Positions 10,791-22,700 of a stretch of 64,000 nt of DNA are shown here, piece after piece (within the stretch, counting starts at the first letter, position 1; every line of letters begins with the position of its first letter). The stretch comes from Lingula anatina. Its lineage: Eukaryota; Animalia; Brachiopoda. The notes beneath the pieces were generated by a model. The model did no database searches. It was not told the origin of the DNA and saw only the letters and a program-made list of their open reading frames with translations. The stretch spans positions 19,278,587 through 19,342,586 of the forward strand of contig CM120648.1 in NCBI GenBank assembly GCA_051362555.1. Reading direction: 5' to 3'. The translations under genes were made by a program, and so were the position numbers.

Positions 10791-13700
10791 TTTTTTTTTG
10801 TGGATCTGAAATATTCCATTTTGAATATCCACTTTGTATTTGAAACAATATAATGATGTTTGGTTGAGTTTTGTAGCAGAACTATGACTAAAAGTGCAGC
10901 TATAATGTTTCAGGTCAGTTTTCAGAGGAAATCAATAGACAAGACCCACTACTGCAAGAAGCATATCAACGAGCATGTAAGGATGGCTTTGAAAGAGTGA
11001 AGAGGGCAAGGGTGATGCTACTGGGCCATTACGGTGCGGGTAAAACACACCTGAGAAAGAGGCTCCTCGGAAAGGAATATGATGAAGATAAAGATCCAAT
11101 CACTAATGGTATAGAAACTGACTATGTTCTTGTACAGGAGGGTTGGAATTCAGATGAAGCTGGTAAGAATAACTAAACAAGAATTAAAAAGTGTTTCAAT
11201 ATTGAAATTCATTTACTTCATATATTTCAACTCTTAACATACGACTTGAAGATTTATTAATCTGCAAGGACAATTCTTTAAATTCCTCCTTGTTTATTAT
11301 TTATGAACAGGAACTAGATCACCTCAGTCTCTTTTTGTTTCATGACAAATAATAAAATTATTATTTTAATTTATAGAGTGTCATGGGCCAGCAATTTCAC
11401 GTTTGCTTGCTGTTAACACGAGAAAGATACATGAGGAAATCCGGGCAAGTCATGCAGGTAATTCCTGTGTGTACAACTAACTACTAGAACTAGAACATGT
11501 TTACAGTATATGTAAAGTGTCGAGATGATTAACTGCAGAAACATTTTCTTATATGAAACGAGAAAATAATTAATCATAAAAAACTTAAGATAATATTATA
11601 AATATATTATATGCATATTCTTAGAATAATTTTAATGAACATTTGATTAATTTGAATTTTTTAATGAATTATTGTAGAGTTACAACCCTTGGGTCAAGTT
11701 GTGGAGGCAACTAATGCACCAACATCAGAGAAAGTGGAGAAATGTAAGTACTGTGATACTCAAAATATAGAGATGTAGTGATATAAAAGTTGCGGGAGCA
11801 TGAGATAGCTCAAGTCATTAGTTCCTATACATGTGATAAACAAAAAGAAGAAACAATTAGAAAAGAAGAAAAAAAATTGATCGAACCATATGTTTGTTAG
11901 TGTTCATTCACATGTTTCTTAGGGTTCTTTCTTTTAAAAAAAGGATATTATGACAAAACATCAGTCTAAGCAAATACTTTGGAGTGATCATGAATAATGT
12001 TATCTTGAAGTACTCTGTAGAAGAATCCCCATTGTGATGATATCTTTGTGTGTCAGAATGCCATTTAAAACAATCCTTAGTCTGTTTCCATTTTATATAT
12101 TTATTTATTTATTATTACATTTTGTTATTTAACTATTACACCACAACCCACTTTTAGTACAAACAGCAGTGATGGATCAAAATGCATACTGATTGTAAGA
12201 AAAAATACTGAATATTTCATTTACCCACATCATCTTATCTCGTTATGTATATGTTGTACCACACAGATACATTAGTCCTTTACTTTTTTTCTTGAAAAGC
12301 CACATCGAAGTCTCCAGAAATGCAGTCTGATGTTATTCAAGAGAAAATTATAGCAGGTATATCAAACATTATACAAATATGAAGAAAAGAAAACCATTAA
12401 AAAATGGAGCACACCTCCCCTCACAATAGAGGACACCTCTGCTCACAATAGGAGAATGTGTAAGGGGAGACAACTTAATTGGCTGTCAGACCAGAAATGG
12501 CCTTACTCATGTTTTAAGATCATGTAAGACTATTTGTGATCTTAATTTGCACTTTAAGACCAAATCAAGCCCAATAGTGGCACATGAGTATTATGACGGA
12601 GCATAAAGATTACAAGTTGCATAGTTATATGAGATCTTAATTTTATAGGCTTTTGGTGGATTATGCATAAAGATGCACACTGCACAAGTAGAAAAGATCT
12701 AAACATGTATTTAATTTGCATTGTTTTTCTCTTTTTATGGCAAGTTTCTCCAAAACTTGAAGATGAGAACACTTTATCAACAGGTGGACAAATTTCGGCA
12801 ACACAGGACAAGGAAAGGGGTACAGTAGGGTTTTTCACATCTTAGAAATTTGTTGCAATTATCCTAACCCATAATAAACTGCTATCAATATGTAATGACA
12901 GATCAGGATGCACAGTAAGGCAGGTAGTCTATTTTCTCTGAATCAAAAGTAGTATGACAATAAGACAAGACATATTACCATGCAGTTTTCTACTGGGTAT
13001 CTATCTGTACTAGAAATTTTGTTAAAATATCCTTCCCAGACAGCCTCAGTGATCTGGCCCACATCTGGCCCAGATCTGGCAACGTCTGGCAATGTCTGGC
13101 AAAAGGTATGGCCAACGTATGGCTTGCCACATGTGGGCCAGATGTGGCAATGTTTGGGCCAGATCTGGCCCAGACATTGCCACATCTGGCCCAGTCCACA
13201 TTTGCTCATATGGCCAGATGTCGGCCCAGATCTGGCAAATGTATGGCAAAGGTATGGCATGCCAGATGTGGGCCAGATCATATTCAAATGGGCCAGATTA
13301 GGGCCAGACATGGACCACATATGGCCCAGAATGTTTTATTTTTCTTTTTTTTTAATTATTTTTAATTATTCAATAAGATTACTATAAAAAAGACATACAA
13401 GATTCAAGATTCAAGTATTTATTCTGTGCTAAAACCCTAAACAAAATTATTACACATTATATAACCTTGCTGGCAACTAACATGTAACAAATTAAGGGTC
13501 ACTCCTTGTCTTTTTGTACAAAACAATGTATATTTGAAAAAAAAAAAAAAAAAAAAAAACTACACTGCAAAAAGGTAAATATACAGACACTTAACAGGAG
13601 GAAATGTCACTTACATACATGTAAAGAAAACAGTTATAACAACAATTTTTTTTCAACACAAAGCTGCTCATCGAATCTGAATTAACACAAATTACAAAAA

Positions 13701-16700
13701 TTGTAATTAATTATGCATGTACATGGGGGAGGGGTTTGAGGGGGAAATATTTTTGCACACATTGTCATTTTTAAACTAATTCAAACATATCATTAATAAT
13801 AATAATCACTAATGAATATAGTTTTGTAATGAATAAATCTTGAATAATGAATGAAAAAACATTGTTTTTTTAGATGATGGTGAGTTATAACAAAATTATA
13901 AATAACCATGCAGTAACTGTTTCAATTCAATTTGCATGCTGGCTACAGTACTGTACATACATGTAAATTCTGAAAAAGAAATATGTATACTCCAGCACAG
14001 ATATAGATGTACAATTAAAAGAGAATTACATGTGCACAAAAACAAACCCCAGTATCAATGCTTTTGAATTAAATCACATCATGAATCAAATCACTCAATG
14101 AATTGAACCAGTTTGCAATGTTTGCGCTTTTTTCAAATCCATAACACTAAGAAATGATACATCCGGCTCCTTGACAAGCTTATAATTATTAATGGAATCA
14201 ACAATATGGAACAAGTAACTCTACCAAGTTAACAACAGTTCATTCAAATGTCAAGTCAAAACACAACATCCCTTCCTTTCTTGGACAGAAACGGTCCTTT
14301 CAAAACATGTTTATTGACAGTTCAGTCTTTAAAATGTCCTTTCAAACATTTGCAGAATAGCATATGAACTTTTATTCCTTAAACCACACTGAAAATTCTC
14401 AAAACTTATCAACTCATATCAAATCCCATGTCCTTTCACTACTACTGGTCTCTTCCTTTACGTCACATTCAAATGTTCCCTTCACTTTTAAAGGTTTCTC
14501 AGACGTGTATGAATAATACTGTTTGTTTTCTAGTCCTCCACAAGAGCCACATTTTTCTTGGATTTCAGCATTCTCCATGTATTTTTATCAATGATATTAC
14601 AATATGCACCTGAATCTGGTAATACACTGAGATAAACACCGCCTCTATTTCCTCCATGTCTTCTGTGTATATTGCATTGGTTCCCACACCAAATGTATAT
14701 GCACTCCTGGATTATCATGTTCAAAGCTGTCATTTACATGAATAATAGTTTCAGTTTTGCAGACTTTTGCAAAGCGATCCAACGTTCCATGTTTTCTCAG
14801 TCAGGGAGTTTCTACTTCGTTTTTCATGTCTAAACTCATAATGTTTAGACTGGCTTGGTTTGTCAAATGACTTCGGTTTCATCATACTCACAGTTTCTGG
14901 TGTTCCAATTTCATTCAAAGCGTTAACTGTCTAATGTATATTCATGTTTCTAACCTGTGTTTGGGAGAGTCCTGAAAATATCTTGTACACCTGTCCCTGC
15001 TGAATACAACATAAGCGCGCGTCTCCTCTGTCATGTATTTTTAATTTTCTATCTTTGTTCATTATTCATGCCGTCCGTTGGTTTTGAAAAGATCAATCTT
15101 TTCCGTCAGCGAAGAGGTTAAAACTTTTTAGCCATCGCGTCGAGCGTGTCCCTATTGTCTCCGGACTTCTGTACGGTTCGAATTCCGTAATTTCACATTT
15201 TCCTCCATTTTTTCAAAGAAAGTTGGCTCACAGTTTTGCACTAGTGTTAATCCTCGTCGCCAGTGTTGATGCCTTCGAAATAAATCGCATCACGAATCAA
15301 ATCACTCAACGAATTGTATCAGTTTGACACGCTTGTGCTTTTTTCATATCCATAACTCTAAGAAACGCTACATCCGGGTCTTTGATCGGCTTAGCATAAA
15401 AAGCAGAATCTTACAACAGCGGAACGAGTAGTTCAAAAAAGTTTTAGAACAGTGAATTCATTCAAATGTCAAGTCAAATTAAACAAATAGCACACTTATG
15501 AGGGGACTTTGAAGAAAAGAGAGAGAGATAAATTAAATCAAAATTTATCAAATGACGTCAGTTCAATGCATTCAGCTCACTGGTCAATAAAAAATAAATA
15601 AATAGAAAATAAAAATTGAAAATGAAAGTACCATATCTGGCCCAAGTCTGGGCAGCATCTGGCAAAATGTGGCATAAATGCCAGACTTTGCCAGACTTGG
15701 CCCAGATCTGGCAAGTGTCTGGCAAAATGTGGCATAAATGCCAGACTTTGCCAGACTTGGCCCAGATCTGGCAAGTGTCTGGCAAAATCTGGCCCAGATA
15801 TTGCCAGACGTTGCCAGATCTGGGCCAGACGTGGGCCAGATTACTGAGGCTGTCTGGGTTGTCTACTATAAATATGGCAATTTTTTTTTATTCTCAATGC
15901 GTCTCACCCACATTAGCATAGTATGTTATGGCATAAGGTAATGGCTTCATCATTTCAAACTTGGAATTAATGAATTTAGCAGATACTGTATTTTTTAAGT
16001 AACAAATTCTAAAATTAGAACATTCATATTTAATGGTAACAGCACAATTGAAAAGCAGACACCCTAATAGTTCTTTTCTATACAGTAGAAGCACCAAAAT
16101 GCTACATTAGAAATTGTCAGTTATTTCAAAATTATAGGACCATTCCCAGTCCTTATCATACTAACTTTGGATTGATCTATCTCTTAGGGGATTCTTGCTA
16201 AATTGTAATTATTTAAAGTGGCTTAGAAGTCTGTCACACCTACTGAAGCTGACAGTGGTAATTAATTATCCCTGAACAGCTTTAGTAGGCATTCGAGACA
16301 TCTAAGCTGCTTAAGCTTAAAGCAATATAGGGAGAAACCCCTTGGAGATGGACCAATCCTGTTAGATCGATCTAGGTATGGGAACCCAGTCTATGTCTCT
16401 GTTGAAATGATCAGCCATCACTGTGTAAACCCCTCTAGCTTTTATACTGTAGTTCATACAAGTAATTGATTAGATTTGTGTGTATTCATTTTTAATACTG
16501 AAATATGCAAACTGTGTACATTTATATTTTTAGAACATCAGCCCAGCCCTAGTAGTTCCAAGGAGGCTTTGTCCTATTTAAAAACAGAGGAGAGTATGGA
16601 GCTCCCGCCTGATGTCTTAACACATTTGACAGAAAGCTTGTACGACATTGAAAATCCACCAGCTCGTCTAGCAGTCTGGGATTTTGGAGGGCAAAGTGTG

Positions 16701-19700
16701 TATTACAATACCCACCACACATTCCTTTCTTCCAGAGCTATTTACATTCTTGCCATTGATATGAGCCTTGCTTTAACAGACAGGCTTGACGACCAATGGC
16801 ATGGTGCTGAACACTTCTCAGGAACTATTCTTGGTAAGGAATCCACCAGCTCACAATTGTGCATCACTTAGTGAGTATATAATTAATATTCAGTTGTACA
16901 AGTGTTTCATCAAATCATTTTACTATCAATTGTGTTGCTGTATACCAGCTAGCAGATATGAAATGTTGATTGTAGTTAAAATTCTTAAATTGAATCTGGT
17001 TTGCTCAAAATTAATATATGCCTCAGTAAAATTTGGTCTTTTTTATCTATTTATATAATTGTTGTTTTCACGTAGCATTTTCAGGGCTTGCTTGGGAACA
17101 AAGCACTATTACTAGTAAATATTACTGGTATATATATATATATATATATATATTATCCATAGAATACTCATATTTCATCATTTTAGTGAGACAGCTTTCT
17201 ATACTCAAACAGATCAAACAGCAAAAAGTGATAGTACAGTACATTTTGAAATGTGTCTGATATATTTCCAGACTTTACTTATTACTGGATAGATGCAATC
17301 CATACTTATGCGCAACAGCAAAACATGAGTGAAGATGGGGTATTGTCCCCCCGAATAATCATTGCTTGCACACATAAAGACAAATACCTGGAAAATGTTC
17401 CCAAAGAAAAGGTAGGCATTAGTACTAAAACAAACAAAAATAATAATAATAATAAATTAATTAATTAAATTAAACTGTTTGTTCTTAAAAAAAATAGTTA
17501 TGACAATTGACTGATAAAATATGTGATTGAAGCTTGCTTGCAGTGTGTTGAAAAACATTCTCCCATTCTCTTACAGCATGAAGAAGAAATAAATGCGTAC
17601 TTTGATAAATTGTGGCAGCATATACAACAGAAGAGAAGTGGTGTGCATGTTGATCCTCGCTTCTTTGCAATTGACAACACATGTCAAGATGAAGATCAAG
17701 AAATATCTGATCTCCGTCGATATATTATGAAAATTGCTGAAAGCCAAAAATCTTGGGGAGAGAAGAATCCAATAAGATGGTTTAGATTAGAAGAAGATCT
17801 TCAGCTGCGACGAGCACCTGAGAAACGAGGAAAAAGGTGGATAAGGTATGAGGAGCTGCAAAATTTAGCTCTTAAAGTTGGAATGCAGGATGCCATTGAG
17901 CTGAAGTCATTCCTCCAGTTCCATCATGACATTGGAGATCTTATGAACTTTCAGACTGATGATCTTTCAGACACTGTCATTTTGAATCCAACATGGCTGA
18001 TAGATGCATTCAGGTCTATTATAGCAGTTGATAAACACCATGTCAAAGCCAAAGGGACTCCGTATTGGTCTGCATTAAAGAGGGGCATCTTAGATGAAAG
18101 ACTTTTGGATGAGCTATGGGGAGTCGACAGCGAGTTGAAGCCCATTGTAATTGGTGTTATGGTACAATTCAACATACTGTTGGAACAGGATGTCAAGCCA
18201 GGTACAACAGAAAAGCCTTCTCGACAGTTCTATGTGCCCAGCTTACTCCAGATATGCAAGAATCCAGAATCTGGGGTTGGCAGTGAAGGAACACTATTCA
18301 TACAAGGGAAAGAGAACTTTATGCCACATGTGCTTTTCAACCGGCTTACAGTGAAATTAGTTCAAAACGACACATCTGCAGGTAGGAAAGGATTAAGAAG
18401 AGGTGACTTTTTTCTCTTTCAAAATGAGTTGTACTACGATTATGCTGTATATGTAATCGATCCACTCAGAAGAGCTCGTTGTGCTTTGAGAAAGTCAACA
18501 AAATCCTCTTCCATCGAACTGATTCCCTTATATCCCCCAACGACAAAGTTTGACAGAACAATCCGAGGGGCATATGCTAAGTGGAAGAACCATGTTTCGA
18601 TGCAAATTCAGCAAGTTAAGCAGACAATCTGCCCACATTTACATCTAGAATGGTGTGTCAGAAATCCAAGAAAGCCAAAGGTCAGAGATGAGCTGATGGC
18701 AATGGATCCGAAGGAGACTGATCTCACAGAATGTGGGCTACCTGAGGATTCAGTGTACAGACTATGGTTTATGCCAGACTCAAGTGAGAAGGTAAGTCAT
18801 GTAAATATATTATGGAAGTGTGGCTCAGTTATAACTTGTACATGAATATTACATGTATCTTTGTGAAATATATTTGTTTTGTAAATAAATGAGTACTCTG
18901 AGTATCTGATCACTGTTTTTTTTATTCAACAGGAGGATAGTGTTACTCCATCTGCCACAACATTACCAAGTGTTACTGGAGGTAAATTATCATAGAACTC
19001 TACACACCCATGAAATATAAATGTTAAAAAGCATTATTTAGTTATTGGTGTTGTTTAAAAATTCTTTGATACCTTGATTTTGTTACAGTTGGATTTTCCA
19101 CTGCGCAATTTCATTTGTTTGTTGTTTTGCTTCCAGTTTGAAGTCTTTTTATGAACAGACACGTTGTGATTGTACATATAACCCTCACCTGCTCTGTTTC
19201 TGCCAATGCCCATGTTGAGGTTGATGTCATGCACTTTAACTCAGAGTGGAAAACCAAGTAGACTTTTGTCTTTAAAACTGGAGAACTGATGAATTTTAGT
19301 AAAGGCTCAGTTCTAAAACTGACTTGATCATATCATTCTTCCAAAACTTTGGGATTTGATAGACAGATCATCAGTGATGTGCATGGGAATTTTGGAATTT
19401 TAGTGCACCTGTGGATTGTGCTCTGCTGTGCCGGGGGTCGGGGGGGGGGGAATGATTATTTTTACATTTTAATTTCTACTATCTTCTCCCATGCCATTGA
19501 CGTGAAGACATTTTAACACTAATAGACCTAACATCAGGGATGTGCTGGGGTAATTCAGATTTACAATATACTTAGGTGTTGGGAATGCCCCAAATGTATT
19601 CTATTTTTTTTTTCACATCATAACTTTTGATATTTGGCCCAGACAATAGCAGTGAGGAAGTTGACATATTTATTTATTGAACCTGTAGGTTTTGTTCAGA

Positions 19701-22700
19701 TAAATTACAGTTAAACAATGATCAGGAGAAAGACAGTTGTATTAATTTTACATTTTCTTTCAATACATTGCTATAGGAGACAGAGATGGCGGTATGTCTC
19801 AAGAAGAAAGAAAGTCAGAGTCACCTGCACCATCCCAGACCAGGCACTCTACCTCACAATGCAGTGAGGAGATAGGGACAGATGCTGTCAAAGACACGTA
19901 CCTGAGGAGATTCTCCATCACTCCAGAAGGTGGACATGTTCATCTGAAGGAAGTTGGAGTATTCTTGTTAGTGCCTCCAGGAGCTCTAGCTGAAACTACA
20001 GAAATGTTCATTGGTATTAGTTGGAGAGAAGAAGACGTGCCACCGCTGCCACCGTGTCAGACTAGAGCAAGTCCAGTTGTTGTCTGTGGACCACATGGCC
20101 TCAGGTTCAGAACACCAATGTACTTGTCATTTTATCACTGCATTTCAGGCACACGTCAAAGAAAGATGGGAAAGATCTGTCCTGAAAATGTAACTCAGAA
20201 TTCAAGAATGGACAATCCATTTTACATATGGCAGTCAGAAACTCACTTAAATGCCCCTTGTCGGTGGAAAGTATTGAGCAGTGATTCTGCTGTGTTGACA
20301 AACACCAAATGTGTCTTAATTGTGAACCAGTTCTGCAAACACAGTTTGTCATGTGACAGTAAGCGTCTTTCTGCCTTGGTGTTTGGGTCATTTCAGCCTC
20401 AACATGTCCCCTTGCTGAAACTGATGGTGTGCTGTGTCAATGATACCCGAGATGAGGTAGAGGTGAGAATTAATTTATAAGTGGTTTTCTTTTTTGATTG
20501 TTATGACTATTCCTGACATATTGGCATAATATTGGTGCTGTGGATGATTGCAAATAACTGTGTTAAGTTGTAATTGGTCACTGCATTAAGTGCCTTTGTT
20601 AATTTTAATTCTTTCGAATAATGATGTGCATTATTTTTTCAATTGTTTATTTGCATTACATAACCCAACAAATCTTTTTGTCATCATCTCTGTCGCATTT
20701 GTTTGTGGAGATCATTTTTTCTCTTTATCTTTTGATACCCCTAAAATGTTATGTTGCTATTGAAGGCTAAATACTTTTTGTTGGAATGTTGTAGATTGTG
20801 AGAACTTATGCTAAGGAATCACTCCTCATGGAGATGTTAGATCTGGCAAAGAAGTTTCAATTCTTAACTTGTGAGTACAGTGAGAGTGAAGATAAGGAGT
20901 CCTATGATGTCAGCCTTTTGTTGGACGAGTTTGAGACAGAGTGGGAGTTGCATACAGATTCTCAGGAAAAGGTAGGCTTTTATTACTTATATTTTCCAAA
21001 ATTGTGCAACAAAGATAAGCCATTTAGGCGTAAAGGGCCTGTATTGTGATGATTATGGCAAAATTACTAAGAGAGCTATAACAGGCCCTTAGCCAGCAGT
21101 TTCAAGGGGGGTGGGTTCTTTTTCTGAAAAAGTGGATCTTTTACCATATAATTCCCATGTACCTAGGTCAGATTTTACCCAGAGTAGGCCTTTTTCCAGC
21201 AAAAAGGGGGGGTTCTTTCGAACTCCCCGAACCCCCCCCCCCTGGCTACGGGCCTGTATAATAATAGATAATGATAGAGAGAGAGTGATAGGAAATAAGT
21301 CTAAAAAAGACCCTTTTGCATTTTAGGTGATAAAGTATGTGAAATTGCTGAAAAGTGACACAGAGCATGTAACGTATGCCCTGAGCCCAAAAATGGCAGA
21401 CAGACTTGATGTGTTTGTCTGCAAGATACACATAAAGCAGAAAGTATCTGAGGATCAGGAAGAGGACATCAAAGTGCTGACATCCACTGAGTTTGACATC
21501 CACTGGAAGTTACCAGTAAGTTAGTAGAAAACTTGGGCAATAATAATCTAATGGTACATCATCATATTCTCATTGTGCTGTTGTCTTTGTATGATATCAC
21601 AGTTACTGTAACAATATACAATTATAGCACCTGTTATTCCACCTGAAGTTTCAGCATCGTTCAGTTATCCCAACTTCGGGTTGGACCTTATCCAGTAGTG
21701 ACTTAAATGCAATGTCTGTAATTGTTTTGATTCGTGTTCACAAATTTAAAGATAATATACTTAAAACACATTGATAGCTTATTGATGACAGCTCAAACAG
21801 TGGCAGTGAAGATCCAAGGTAAAGATTGAGGTAAACTCACTAAAATTATGGCCTCAGGTGACTGCCTCTAAACCAGTTGGCTATCTTCAAAATCCATGAT
21901 TATGTAAGAATTTTTAGTGACCACTTTAGTGTTGATTCATAGAACCACAATAGTTGGACACCTCCTTTATAGCATTTAAGTATTTAGTTAAAATATTTAC
22001 TACTGCTAAGCCACTTACCTAATGCTTATTTCTTGTTATATTTTTCAGGTTGCCCCCCCTATGGACTTATACAATCTTGATAGTTATTCTGGTGGTCCAG
22101 CAAGCCTAAGATCTGCTCCACAATGGAGTTCACACCCATTGCCAGGAGATGAACTGCAGAGGCATGGTGGCAACCATTTTCAGTCACAACCAAACCAGCA
22201 GTATTACAAGCAAGAGCCATACCTACAGAATCAACCTAGGTTTCAATCCAACATTGGTGGTCAGCAGGAATACTTCCAATCTCAAACAGCAAGGGAGATG
22301 GCTGTACCAGGCCAATACCAAGCAAATCCACCACCATTTCTACCCAACTTTGGCAACCAAAGGTTGCAACTAGGCAATTTCCAATCTCAGACACTGCCTG
22401 GTGAGTCAGCAGGACCAAATATACCCTATCATCAACAAGGCAATTTCCAATCTCAGACACTGCCTGGTGAGTCAGCAGGACCAAATATATCCTATCATCA
22501 ACAAGGAGAATCCCAGCATAGCAGACTACCTCAGGAGCCAGTCACTGACCTCCATCTGCAGGAACAAGGTGTTGACCACATTCAAACAAGGAGGAAATCA
22601 GGCCATGACTTCCCACCTTTACCCCCACAACAGGACCCTGTGGCTACTGAGGATCAAGACCAGGGGGTTACTGACCCTCAGGCCATCAAAACAATGGGAA

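Noticed and set aside
12943-13387. Six overlapping W/Q/P-rich ORFs (similar sets at 15558-15941 and 51854-52448)
   Set aside because: Artefacts of palindromic subterminal repeats of EnSpm-type elements
17523-18845. Treating the COR, ZU5 and CARD ORFs as separate genes starting at their ORF-track Met
   Set aside because: Each is bounded by splice sites with compatible phases, and most listed starts lie in introns
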